This document shows, one piece after another, positions 47,463 through 59,300 of a stretch of 64,000 nucleotides of DNA (position 1 is its first letter; every line of letters starts with the position of its first letter). Made by a program: the position numbers and the translations under genes. The notes beneath the pieces were generated by a model. That model saw nothing but the letters and a program-made list of their open reading frames with translations, did not search any database and was not told the origin of the DNA. Origin of the DNA: Zancudomyces culisetae HAW-14-8 (Eukaryota > Fungi > Kickxellomycota); the NCBI GenBank assembly GCA_052426225.1, contig JBNJNM010000014.1:496001-560000 (forward strand), written 5' to 3'.

Positions 47463-49088
47463 ATGGAGAATTCGAAAAATAACAGTACAACGGTGCGGAC
47501 AAAGAGGGACCGTACAAAAAACAGTAGAAAGAGCAAGAGTGCCTGGCGAAAGAATATTGATTTAAACCAGGTACAAAGTGGGTTAGAACAAGTTCTTGAA
47601 GAAAAGATTAAAGGGTAAGTTGTGATTTAATTGAAGTTATTGGATCCAAGTCATACCTTTTGACATATATATTTAAAATATGCATTTTTAATTTTAATAT
47701 AGAGGTGCGGTTATTCAAGATCAAGCCAATGAGCAACTCTTTCAAATCGATACTCTGCCTAACGCCAAGGTTACTGTATCCAAGAAACACAAAAAACTCA
47801 AGTTGGACGAACTATTAGAAAACAAGAGTAAAATTATGGTACCAGGAAAATCCACAACAGAAACACTACCATCGGGGGTTAAGGGTAACAAGGTGAATAG
47901 AATTGAGAGGGCTCAATTGATGAAGATGGCAGGTCTTAAGCGAAAGTTGTCACCTCTTGATAGTATTTTGGCAAAGAGTGCAGATATTAAAGATCAGAGA
48001 AAAAAGAGCAAGTCGATGAAAAAAAAGAAGTTTTATGATTTGTGGAGTAGTTCAGGTAACTATTTAATTAAACAACTAGATACAATATATTTTAAAGGTA
48101 TAAGAATGTATAAAAATATAAATGTTAATTTGTAGAAAACAACAACGATAAATTGCCAGAAAAGAACAAGAAAAGCTCACAATCTTTGATTGAAAACAAA
48201 AAACTCGATACAACAGCAATTGTGATGCCTGAGCCTGGCATGTCATACCGTCCGGTAGAACAGGATCGACAAGATATGATGATGCGCGTGGCAAGTGGTA
48301 TCCAGGCAATGATTGATCGCGAGAAGAAGAGTGCTTTGAAGGCAGGATCATTTAAGGGATACAAGAAAGATGATGACGTTACAGAACGTGCAAATGTGAT
48401 AATTTCTGAACAATTTGAACAAAACGATCAAGAAGAAGAAGAGGAAGAAAAGAAGGAAAAAGAACAAAAAGAAGAAAAAGTTGATGAAGAAAAAGAAGAA
48501 AAGAGTGGTAGCGAAGGTGAAAGTGAAAATGATAGCGATGATACATTAGCCAACAAGGATTCCAACGAAAAGAACAATACCATAAATAATAAACAGTTAA
48601 AGAAAAAGTTGGCAAAAGCCCAAAAACGGCGTCAAAAGGAATTGGCAAAGAAAAACTCACAACTCAACAAGACCAAAACCAAACAACAATTCAAAAACCT
48701 TAACCAGTTGGTAAGCCTTGTAGATGCCAAACTGCAAGCACGTGAAGAATCATCCAAATTGCTTGCCCAACTCAACGACCACAATGCCAAGCAACCTAAA
48801 AGAAAATTGGGCAAATATAAAATTAAAGAACACTATTATAATGTAAATATGAATAACGATATCAATACTACTACTACTACTACTACTACTACAGATTCTG
48901 CTTCTGGTTCTGTTTCTGCATCTTCATCATTGTTGTTGAATGTCAAGAGTAGTACTGCTGATTTGTTGGAGGACTCCTTTGCCAATTTACAGCGAAGAAA
49001 CTTGATTGAGCCTAGAGTTCCTGTGATACCTTCTAGGAGATATACCGTTAAATATACAGAGAAATGGAGTTATAAAGATTTCAAATAG
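47463..49088 (+). CDS. NOP53: 60S biogenesis factor Nop53 (3 exons: 47463-47614, 47703-48055, 48136-49088)
   Basis: SRKSKSAWRKNID, LFQIDT (arch-interaction motif), PGMSYRP, DSFANLQRRNLIEPRVP, EKWSYKDFK; in-frame GT-AG junctions. Confidence 0.92.
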
Positions 49089-49715
49089 ATTAAATAAATA
49101 CTACTGCGCACTATATATCGCTTTATTATATTACATTTTACTTTATAAAACATACACTTTTATACATTATAGATATATATATATGTTGCTTTTTTATATA
49201 TAAAAAGTGGGTTCACTGTTGAAGCAATAAGAGAAAGTGTGTATATGTGTGTGTATATGTGTGTGTATAATGGGGTTGGTTCAAGAGATGATTTGATTAG
49301 GTTTGGCTTAATTGATGAAATTTGATTCGCTGGATTCTATAAATATTTACGTAGTCCATTTCTTTTTTTGTGCACCAATTTTTGAAATGCTTCATAAACA
49401 GGCACCACCAAATAAAATATCAAAAAAAAAAGAAAAAAAAGAAAAAAAAGATTTGTGTGTGCGTTTTGTGTGTGTAAATGTGTGTGTAGGTAGGTAAGTT
49501 TATTAATTAACCAATAACATTACAATTTTTTTATATTCCGCTATATTATGTTATTATGTTTTTTTTCCAGTTTTCCTTACTTTTCAATTATAAAGTTTAT
49601 ATAGTAAAAAGGGAAATATAGGAATGGATTGATTATATAATTATTATATAGCAAGTTTTACCACAATATTACATTATATAAAAAAAAATAAAGATAAAGA
49701 CCAAGAATATTGAAA

Positions 49716-52700
49716 ATGGCAGGGATAAATCCACTTCGAGAGCTTGGAGGGATAGAGAGTCTGATAGAGGACGAATTTGAGCCGGATGAATTTATTGAAA
49801 AAGTCACACAAAAGCTGATTGAAACCAGTAGAAAAACTAAAGGGTCAGTAAATTCCAAGCCATATATAAGATTATTCGAGTACCTGAATGAAAGTCTACA
49901 AAACATGAAAAGCGAGCTGGATCGCGATATCAAAGTGTTGAATCGGGAGGTGGAAAAGCGGGAAGCAGAGCATAAGAAGCGAATGTGGAAGGTGCGGATG
50001 GCTACACGAGCAGTACGGGTGAATTTTGATAAGCTGGAAAACCACATTGTTACAGAGGTCGGTGGGCATATAGTGCGAATTGGAGAGCAACTGGATGCAG
50101 TTGGGCGAGAAAAGGATCGATGTGAAAGTATCAAGGAGTTATTGGAATACTTTTCACGAATAAATGAGGGGGATATGAAGGGATTAGACGAGCTTATACA
50201 AGAAGGACCGAACGGACAAGTGCAAGCGGCTACTATTTTGCGGCGACTTAATGTGATTATGATAGATACTGAATATTCCGAGCTTAGTAGCACAACGGCC
50301 AAGAGGAGCGTAGAAAAGTATTCGGAAGCATTTGAAAAAAAGATGCTGGAGGACTTCGAAACAGCGTATCGTGACAATGATGTTAGAAAGATGCGATTGT
50401 GTGCCAGAACATTGTTTGCGTTCAATGGAGGGATGTCGGTTGCCAAGGCGTATATTAACCAACATCCATTTTTTTTGGAAACATTAATGGGAAGTGGGGG
50501 AATTGGAGGAATTGGAATGAGTGGAGTAGGACCAGGAGTGGGTGCAGGAGTAGGGGATCCAAATTCTTCTAAAAAAGACGATGGGACACCGGATAGTACA
50601 GAGACACCAAACTCAAATATAATTGGTACACCGGCAAAGGCCGACCCAGTACTTGAACATTTATTCAAAGACATTCGTGAGATGGTACAACGAGACTGGG
50701 GAGTGATTTCACGCGTGTTTCCCAATCCAGTATACATCATGCAAATGCTGCTCAAAAGAGTCTTTGAACAATCAGTCCAAAGTTACCTAGACGAACTCTT
50801 ATCACGTGCCGAAAAGAGCTCACAGCTTGCGTTTTTGCGGTCGTTGTGTTCGTCACATGCAGCAGCCAAGAATCTGATTGGCCAACTCAAGGAATACGAC
50901 ATAAATGTCATTACCCCAACAATGCTGGTGGTTGAGGCGGCGAGTAATGTAGCAGGAGGAGCAGATTTGGATCCCAGCGAGTTGATTGAGTCGACAGGAC
51001 TGGTTATTGAGGACGGCCAAATTATTTATCGCAATGCAGCGAGTATGCATCGGCGAAGTGTGGTAGATGTACTTGGTGGTAACCGAAAGGAATCGATAGC
51101 CGATGGATTGGCGAGATACCGTCGCGAATTGGTCAACAGTTCAATAGCTTCCATGTCGGTACCAGCAGATGGTAGCAATGGCTATGGAAGTAGTGCTGTT
51201 TCTGGTGGTGGTAGTGATATCAGCAATGACCCTACTCATTCCGATGTTAAAGAAATGGTTCTTGCTTTAGCATCAATGATGAGTGGTGCCAGACGTGCCA
51301 ATGATTTGTTTGAATTTGGCGATACTTCAAAGGATAATTCTGATACTTCAAATACCAACAACACAAACACAAACACAAACACTAATACCAACACCAGTGC
51401 CACATCAGCCGCTGCAAATGGTTCTAAACAATCCAATACTACAGCCCTGACTCAAAATATCAGTGAAAACACGTCTTCTGTTACTGGAGTTTCCAATGGT
51501 TTGTTGTTTAGCACTTTGGATCGTTGTGGCGACGATTTATTTTCTGGTTATTTGACTGGTGAAAAATATATTTGTTTAGAGCGTGCTCATCTCAAATCTG
51601 CTTTTACTCTACTGATTACTCCCTTTATTCATGGTCGAAACGAAAGAAAAAAGACATCTCTTTCTCTTAAGCCATATAACCTGTTTCCACAAACCTCTTC
51701 CTCTTTTTCCTCTGCTTCTTCTGTCTCCTCTCCTCCCAATTCTTCCAACAACTCTACTTCTTCTCCTGCAAACACCAACGTCTTTTTCAATATCTTTGGC
51801 ACAAAAGAAGCAAAAGAAGTGAAAGACTCGGTTGATATTGCCGATCGTAGTTTGTACCAACTTAATATCGATATTGTCGTCAATATCTTGCAAGTTCATG
51901 CGGAATCAATTGCCCGTTGTATTGAATTATCTAAACCCGTTGAAGTTCCTTCAATTGCTGCCTCCTTATTTAAATCTTTACTGGATTTCTTGGACTCCGA
52001 TTATTTATCTCCTGGTCTTTCCGACTCCACAAAACAGGTTGATTCCTTATCTTCTTCCAATTTCAATCAACAAATTGCCGCCTCTCCACAACAACTACTT
52101 TTGCCTCCCGATTTACCTCTTCTCAACTCCTTCTCTGTTGTTTCCAATGCTGCTGCTCTTGTCCATTTACACCATTCTGATATTATTGTTCCTCTTATCA
52201 ATTTTTCTCATCATTTAATGGCCGAGGTTGTTGCTGCAAAGAACACCTTCATTAACCAACTTGAGCAGCTTTGCAATCGCTTTGTCAATAGCCTGGTAGT
52301 CTTGGTACGCAAACATCTTGCCTTTTTACTTTCTAAACAAAAGAAATCGGATTTCCGTCCAACCGACGAATCCTCAACAAACGATTCAATGGTTCCTGAT
52401 ACCGATAAGACTTCTGTCAGCTATCTAATGCTTCATGGCACTGAGGTTTGTAACCATATTACCAGATACCTTGCTCTTTTACACCAAAATCTTACTTCTA
52501 TGCCCCAAACTATTCCCGACCCCAAAAACAGATCCCGTATTCTTACCCAGATTTCAAATGATTTTTACGGTCTCTTGCTTGCCCATTTCAAAAAGTTTAC
52601 TGTCTCTTATAGTGGCGGTCTTGTTGTCACCAAGGATATTTCCAAATACATTGAAACCGTTTCTGCGTTTGGTCTTGATCCTGTTACAAAACAATTTCAG

Positions 52701-53090
52701 TCCCTCCAAATTCTTGGAAAGATCTTTAGTGTTCCCATGAAGAACTCTTTAAAATCTCTAATCGAAGCTGATGATATTTTGGGTTCTTTATCTCCAAATT
52801 ATAACTCCAAATCAAAATCAACTTCCAACGCCGAATCTACCACTACCAACGCCACTTCTACTACCTTATCCGCTGACTTTACTGGTGCTACCACATCTAG
52901 TGGCAGTAGTAGTGCTCATGCTAGTAAAAGGAGTTTATTGATGGCATTTAATTTTGATGATCGGAAAAGTATTGAACCATACCTCAAAATGCGTGAAGAT
53001 TATTATTCATCCAGTGGTGGTAATAATTCTGGATCTTCTACACTTGGTGGTGGTATAGGTGCTGGTAACTTTTATTCTTTAGGATTTTAG
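49716..53090 (+). CDS. SEC10: Exocyst complex component Sec10
   Basis: First ATG at 49716. IVRIGEQL, VEKYSEAFEKKMLEDF, AFNGGMSVAKAYINQHPFF, ISRVFPNP..MQMLLKRVFEQSVQ, LLSKQKKSDFRP, HFKKFTVSYSGGLVVTKDISKY. Confidence 0.9.
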   Translation: MAGINPLRELGGIESLIEDEFEPDEFIEKVTQKLIETSRKTKGSVNSKPYIRLFEYLNESLQNMKSELDRDIKVLNREVEKREAEHKKRMWKVRMATRAVRVNFDKLENHIVTEVGGHIVRIGEQLDAVGREKDRCESIKELLEYFSRINEGDMKGLDELIQEGPNGQVQAATILRRLNVIMIDTEYSELSSTTAKRSVEKYSEAFEKKMLEDFETAYRDNDVRKMRLCARTLFAFNGGMSVAKAYINQHPFFLETLMGSGGIGGIGMSGVGPGVGAGVGDPNSSKKDDGTPDSTETPNSNIIGTPAKADPVLEHLFKDIREMVQRDWGVISRVFPNPVYIMQMLLKRVFEQSVQSYLDELLSRAEKSSQLAFLRSLCSSHAAAKNLIGQLKEYDINVITPTMLVVEAASNVAGGADLDPSELIESTGLVIEDGQIIYRNAASMHRRSVVDVLGGNRKESIADGLARYRRELVNSSIASMSVPADGSNGYGSSAVSGGGSDISNDPTHSDVKEMVLALASMMSGARRANDLFEFGDTSKDNSDTSNTNNTNTNTNTNTNTSATSAAANGSKQSNTTALTQNISENTSSVTGVSNGLLFSTLDRCGDDLFSGYLTGEKYICLERAHLKSAFTLLITPFIHGRNERKKTSLSLKPYNLFPQTSSSFSSASSVSSPPNSSNNSTSSPANTNVFFNIFGTKEAKEVKDSVDIADRSLYQLNIDIVVNILQVHAESIARCIELSKPVEVPSIAASLFKSLLDFLDSDYLSPGLSDSTKQVDSLSSSNFNQQIAASPQQLLLPPDLPLLNSFSVVSNAAALVHLHHSDIIVPLINFSHHLMAEVVAAKNTFINQLEQLCNRFVNSLVVLVRKHLAFLLSKQKKSDFRPTDESSTNDSMVPDTDKTSVSYLMLHGTEVCNHITRYLALLHQNLTSMPQTIPDPKNRSRILTQISNDFYGLLLAHFKKFTVSYSGGLVVTKDISKYIETVSAFGLDPVTKQFQSLQILGKIFSVPMKNSLKSLIEADDILGSLSPNYNSKSKSTSNAESTTTNATSTTLSADFTGATTSSGSSSAHASKRSLLMAFNFDDRKSIEPYLKMREDYYSSSGGNNSGSSTLGGGIGAGNFYSLGF

Positions 53091-54113
53091 ATTATTTTAT
53101 TATTTTTTCTTGTTCATTTCTTGCCAAAAAAAAAAAAAGTATTTTGAATATACAATAAGCAATTAAAAATCAATTTGGCTGTTAGAATAACAACTCAATA
53201 TTACTATTGTACCAGTTAAAATCCTTAGTAGATTATGGTTTGGTTTTGTCATTATTATATTGAATTCCGTTAATGTTTTTACATTTGCAACTCTTTTTTA
53301 GAATGCTAGCATCAATGAATGGCCTTCGAGTTATTTTTTGATAATAATAATAATAATATATTAAAATCAATCAAAGCTTGTCAATGAATATTTCTCATTT
53401 GGAGTGAGAATAATGATAATGGAAATGATTGTAGATTAACTTTGTATTTTGCAAAAGTTTCTCCAGTTTTTTTATTTATATTTTTTTTTTGGTTGTGTTG
53501 TTTTGGTATTAAAAGTGGGATATCAGTTTTAATCATTTAATAAATACAATTTCCGAGTCACTTTTTTTTTTTTTTTGGATTGATTCATTCTAACTGTTGA
53601 TTTATGTTAAACCTTAATAGCAAACCAATAGTTCAAATTTTCTGGTTTTTTATTTCCTTTGTTTAGCTCAGTTATGTTTGGTTTTATGTGTGTGTGTGGG
53701 GTGTATTGTTTTAACCCCACCATAAAACATTTACTTTTTATTTTATTGTATTGTATTTTTTTTTTTGGAAAAGTATAATCATATTTTTCCTTCTTTTAAT
53801 CTAATAATTCAATCACCAATCAATATTGGAACCAAACATGTTTTTAAGTCATAAACAGGTACAGAAACCATCCTTTGAGTTAGTACTGATCTCTTTCTAC
53901 CGCTCCATTTTTCCGAAAACAATAAAGAAAAATAGAGGAACGGTTTTAGCATGTTTTTTTTTTAAAAAAATACCAAAAAAAAATACCAAAATACCATGTT
54001 TTGAATGATTGAAATATACTGTTTCAAGCTTTTAATACTTGCGCTGTTAAAAGTAATAGCAATATAAATCACTTGAATTAGTGGTAAATAATCTAGTTGT
54101 AGAAAATAAAAAG

Positions 54114-54121
54114 TATATAAA
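54114..54121 (+). promoter_or_regulatory. TATA box (TATATAAA) upstream of small secreted protein gene
   Basis: Consensus TATA 140 nt before the ATG at 54254, followed by a C/T-rich tract. Confidence 0.5.
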
Positions 54122-54253
54122 CCACATTATCCCCCCCCTCCCCCTCCCCTTCCTTCTATTCATTATAACTCATCGCCTTTTCCTTGCATATTGTATCGAT
54201 TCTGCACAAGTTGTTTATAATAAAAGTTACTCAAGTAAAATAAATTAGCAATC

Positions 54254-54688
54254 ATGTTTGGCATTTCACGTTTTCTTACAGGAAATAGCTCTGCTCTTTT
54301 GGTAATGACCCTCGCCATATCATCTATTATGATAATGAGCTCACATCAAGGTGTACTAGTCAATGCGGAAACAGCAGCGGCAGCAGCAGCAGCAGAGGAC
54401 AAGCATGATGATGGAGCAAAACAAATAGGCCGTGGTAGATTTGACAGATGGGACCAACAAGGGTTTGTAGCCTTTGGTCGTCCCTGGGTATGGAATTCTG
54501 CACCTGAAACTATTTTCATCAACACATTAAGATTCCGCCCAGTCCAATACGAAGGTTTGCGCTTCCAATTTTTGTATACCTATTTCCCTACTTTCCGTTC
54601 ATCTTGGGATTCCGATGTCTTGTTCCGCCGTCGTTGGGATTCCGAGCCTAGATTCCGCAGAACTTGGTTCAACAATTACCCATGGTAA
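54254..54688 (+). CDS. Small secreted Trp/Arg/Phe-rich repeat protein (orphan)
   Basis: 144 aa; hydrophobic signal ending VLVNA; polyAla; C-terminal 10-aa repeats FRSSWDSDVL/FRRRWDSEPR/FRRTWFNNYP. Confidence 0.75.
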   Translation: MFGISRFLTGNSSALLVMTLAISSIMIMSSHQGVLVNAETAAAAAAAEDKHDDGAKQIGRGRFDRWDQQGFVAFGRPWVWNSAPETIFINTLRFRPVQYEGLRFQFLYTYFPTFRSSWDSDVLFRRRWDSEPRFRRTWFNNYPW

Positions 54689-55050
54689 TCACATAGCAGC
54701 TTTTATTTTCGTTTTTTTTTTACATTTTGCATTTGTGTGTGTTTGTGTGTTTTTAGCCTCCACATCACATCACACCACAACCTCTCTCCCCTCCAAAAAA
54801 AAATAAAGCGGTTTAATCAAAAATCAAATTATATCACATTACAAGTTTTTTCACTATTTCACTATTTCACTTTTTCTCCTTTTCTCCTTTTCTCCTTTTT
54901 CTCTCATTTACACAATAACTGATACACTTCCCCCTCCTTTCGCTCCATTTTCATTTCGACATTTATTGTGTACGATTTATATTATTTTACATTATATTAT
55001 ATTGCAACTAACCAAAAAGAAACATTGATATTTATATAATATTCTCTTGT

Positions 55051-56355
55051 TCAAAGGTTTTTTTTAATGCCTAAATATACAAATCTCAAAAAATCCAGCT
55101 TGGGTAAAAGATGAGGAAATACAACTATGGAATCCTTACTATTTCTCACAAATATTGCCAAGAAATATTTGTACTGAAACCATGTTAATGCCTCGTGTAT
55201 CACTACATCACATATATTCTCTCGCCCAACATACTTGACCGATTTAAGCCCCGTATACAAATGATGAGTCTCTATTTGCACTCCAACATTTCGAATCACA
55301 ACCAATTTTTCTTGCTTCACTTTGGTCATTATATAAACTATAAAACATATCGCCACCAATATCATCAAAAACATCATGTAATAGTAGCTGCCCGACATCA
55401 CCTTGATTATCATCAGACTTAGTACTCCAGCTGCGATTGCATCTTGTACCCCTCCACGAATAAATGTTGTTCGGTACTTTAAAACATATTCAACCACGTC
55501 TGGAGAGATCCATTTATAATACAGTGTCATGTCTTTTGTTTCATGTACAATTATTTCCCGTGCCTCTGCTGCTTGGTTGTTATCTATGTTTTTCAGCCGC
55601 ATCCCTAGAAAATTAACACCCTTAGTCTCCCTTCCACTTTGCATATGATCGATTTTATTGCCTCCATCATCCTTTCCTAATGCGCTACTATCACTAATAC
55701 GACCACTGTTGCTACCACCACTATTCCTATCATCATCATAATCAATTTCGCTTGCATGCCTCTTTAATTCCACGCCGCCCTCCGAGTAATTACGCTCGTC
55801 GCATGAAAAATAACGAAGCGATTCTGGATGGTTGCACTGCGAATCAATCTCAAAATATTGACTAGTACGCTTTTTACTGCCAAGCTCTGTAGCCTGGTTC
55901 CAACTAAAGCTATGGGTATGTTCATACCTGCCTCCACGACTACTGTTTTTTTCTTCTGTTTCTGAGACTTGTCTGCAATTATTAAATAGCCCATTGCTTC
56001 CATCGCCCTTTACTCCTTGTTCCCCTTGTTCTTTTTTCCAATGTTGTTCTGTTGCTTTTGTGCCTGGTAGATATTTTTGCTCCTTATCCACAATAGCTAA
56101 GCTATGACCTCTGGCAATAATACCACCTACCCCCTTTACTTCATCATTTTCTTCGCAAATAGTTGCTTTAGAGTGCCTAAACACCTGATCTCCTCTTTCT
56201 ACGTGTTTTTCTGGTATATACGTAATCTCGTCATTTGAAAAAAACCTCTTATACTCTCTGTTATCCATTGTAAATGTGTGATACCTCGAACCCCTTTCGT
56301 CCACATCATTTCCCGCCTCCCTCTTGCTTTTTGGTGTTTCTCTTGCGCTTCTCAT
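55051..56355 (-). CDS. GPI-GlcNAc transferase subunit H (PIG-H/Gpi15) with long hydrophilic N-terminal extension
   Basis: Two TM segments, then EKLVVIRNVGVQIET...ICDVVIHEALTWFQYKYFLAIFV...VVFPHLLPKLDFLRFVYLGI; first ATG at 56355 (ORF open to 56454, true start uncertain). Confidence 0.8.
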   Translation of the reverse strand: MRSARETPKSKREAGNDVDERGSRYHTFTMDNREYKRFFSNDEITYIPEKHVERGDQVFRHSKATICEENDEVKGVGGIIARGHSLAIVDKEQKYLPGTKATEQHWKKEQGEQGVKGDGSNGLFNNCRQVSETEEKNSSRGGRYEHTHSFSWNQATELGSKKRTSQYFEIDSQCNHPESLRYFSCDERNYSEGGVELKRHASEIDYDDDRNSGGSNSGRISDSSALGKDDGGNKIDHMQSGRETKGVNFLGMRLKNIDNNQAAEAREIIVHETKDMTLYYKWISPDVVEYVLKYRTTFIRGGVQDAIAAGVLSLMIIKVMSGSYYYMMFLMILVAICFIVYIMTKVKQEKLVVIRNVGVQIETHHLYTGLKSVKYVGRENICDVVIHEALTWFQYKYFLAIFVRNSKDSIVVFPHLLPKLDFLRFVYLGIKKNL

Positions 56356-59300
56356 TGTTTTTTCGCTTATTCCATCATTACTCGCCGTGCTTCTTCCCTC
56401 GCTTGCTGATTTGTTCTTATTTCCTTTGCCAAGATTTTGCGCAGATGATTGCAACTTCTACTCGAAAGCTGATTTTTTTTAGCTTGTTCTTTTGTCTTGT
56501 ATTATTTTGATTTTTTAATCTCTGCGTATAGAAAATACAAAAACGAAAAATAATAATAAAACTTACCAAAATCTTTATTGAAAGAATCTCCGCAAAAGTT
56601 GAATCTAAAACCATAAGCCGTTTAATTCGTTGTTTTTTTCTCCTCCTTTCCCTGATAGAATATTTCAATATTGGATTTTGCTTTGAATAAGCTTTTCAGA
56701 TATGTTTTTTTTGCTATTTAATAAATTATTTCGGCCCTAGTTTCCCTCGTTTTGGTTTATTTTTAGGAATTAATGCGTTTTTTGTCGTTTAAATCGCTAG
56801 TATTATTTTAGGAGAGAAATATCTTAAATGACAGGACCTATAGTCTTTTTATTTATATCTGACTAATTGGTTTGTTGGTTGGATTGTAGGTAAACGGCGC
56901 TTTTATTATAATTTTAGAACCAACCTCAAGGTTTAACAAAATTTCGATATTGGTTTGTGTAATATTAGGAAAAAGTTGGTGAATATATTAAGAATGTTTT
57001 CAGAGCAAATTGGTTGCTCTTATTGTCTTTGATTGTCTACTTCTCCCGTTCTTCATCCTTTCGCCACAAAAAAAAAAAAAAACAAAATCTCAAATAATTT
57101 TTATTTACATTTTTTTTCCTCGCAAATCAATTTACCAGAGTGTGATAAAAATGTGGGTGATTTTGTAAATTTACTATGAGGTAAGAAGCGGGCGCAACAC
57201 TGTTTTCTACGCACAAAGTTATCATTGTTTACAAAAAAAACTACTACCAGGAAATAGAACATAGTCTAGATTTCGTTGCAAGGCTTTTATCAGCAAATGA
57301 GTATTACTACACATCTTTATATATCTTCCACATATTCAGACAGGCAAGAGCCGCCTATGCGTATTGCTAACGATAAAGCTAGATGTTAGCTTTCGCCAAA
57401 AAAAAAAAGATTGGTTAAAATTAAAAATGGGGTGACTAGAGGATGCAGCCTGCAAAAACAGACGATTTCATAGTTGTTGTGTGGTACAAAGCATCATTTA
57501 TTTCCTGCATTTTCTGTACCTGAATAGTTTTAATTCGCGTTTAGATGATGGCAAATATGAGCACCCTGACTAAAGTCACAATTTAATATATGAGCGGATC
57601 ACATTGGTGTGGGTTGTTTCTCAATTCATATTACATTTACAAGTATGTATTTTTGTTCGACAGAACTGTAAATACTCTTGAGGATATTGTTTGTTTATGC
57701 TAGGTTTTCTCATTGGAAGTAAGCTGGAACACCTTTTTTTTTCTATAATAAAGCCAGTGTGTAAATAATTAAAGTGGTGTACTTGTATTGAAGCAACAAC
57801 CTAATCATCTAGTATGTCTTTCAAAAATTGCCAAGTGTGATCGAAAGGGTGCCATGTAGGTTTTTTATGTTGAGATTATTGGCACACCCTTCTAATACAA
57901 TCTCCATTATTGCCATTTTGAGATATAAGTGAGTTTTAGAGCCGTTGATTAGGTACTTGACTATCAACCCTTGCTTGATCTTATACTCTTGTTTCTTTTA
58001 CTCTGAATAAAACAAATGCTTTAACGAAGCCATGAAATATTGGTTCTTTATTGTAGATAATACTCGTCAAAGTTAACAAATAATAATAGTAATAACAGCA
58101 CAATTTTCGGTACTTGGAAATTGACAAAAAAATATAATTTGGCTATATATTTTAGAGCCCATCTATAGTTACACAGTTCCCTCCAACCCACTCATGCCAG
58201 TTGTGATAATATTTACCAAAGTTTTTCGGAAAACTATGAACTCAGTAACTACAATGACCAAATCATAACTGTGGTTCACTGGTTACGCATTTATTCACAA
58301 AAAACCCTCCCCACCTTGAACAGGGTTACATTTAACCGTCTGCTGACCACTTAATTTACTTGTCTTTTTGGGAGATACAGGAAGAACAAACATGATGTAA
58401 CCAATAATGATTAATTTCAGCCGAATTGAGATATAGTCCTCATATATATTAATTATTATAAATACTACAAACACCAGTTATTAGCCATAGCTTTATGCAA
58501 TCATACAACATGTACATGATACTAATTAATGCAGCATTGTATATAGATACTAGACCATTATACTCATTGCTGTTATGCAGTTAAAAAAACAGTTGTGAAT
58601 TTTAATGCAATGTAGATGAAAATACCAAGTCAACGAAAATATCAATAAATCCCCCCTCTCTTCCTTACTTCCTCTACTTCTGTCCTTCTCTTCCTTCCCC
58701 CCAAAAAAGTGCAACCCGTCCTTAGATGAAAAAATTAAAAATTAACAAAATTACTAAAAATCTTTAAAGTAAATAGCCACTACAACAATCTAACCAATAG
58801 ATCACGTCCTTATTATCTGTATTGTACAATCCAAAAATACAAACAATAAACAATTGGTGAAACCTAGCTTTTACAAACGAATCGAACTGTTGATTAAAAA
58901 TACACTGGCTATTATTTGCTACTCGAGTTACAAAATTAAAATATTCATTATAAAGATATTGATAACTAACAATTAATTTGTTGAATTTGCCATAATTACA
59001 TTACAGAGCTAAATTAGTGGCATGTTGAGATTTGAACTAAAGCAGGATTGTCAAATAAAAACTAAGAATCAATTATAAATTGAATGAACCGATCACAAGC
59101 TCAGGAAAATTTAGATTGAAAAAAAACCCAAGTTCTGCTTACCCAGTGGTAAGATTTTATGTTTGGGTTGCTCATACCTTGGTGGTTTACCTAAAACAAA
59201 CATAACAAATGCTCAAAAATACTTTTATTTTTGTTGATTTTTTGCTATTACTAAATCAATTTGGCCATTTTATTATTGAAAAAAGGGTAAGATGAGAAAT

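Noticed and set aside
49658-50755. Long antisense ORFs (365 aa here; also 4759..5442, 28205..28873 and others)
   Set aside because: Shadows of biased codon usage on the opposite strand of real genes
20806-55053. TGA stops of the ankyrin, ARC35, HDAC, Mbp1-like and PIG-H genes as possible Sec codons
   Set aside because: They fall at expected C-termini, with no redox CxxU context and no SECIS (AUGA..AA..GA) recognised by eye; SECISearch3 would be decisive
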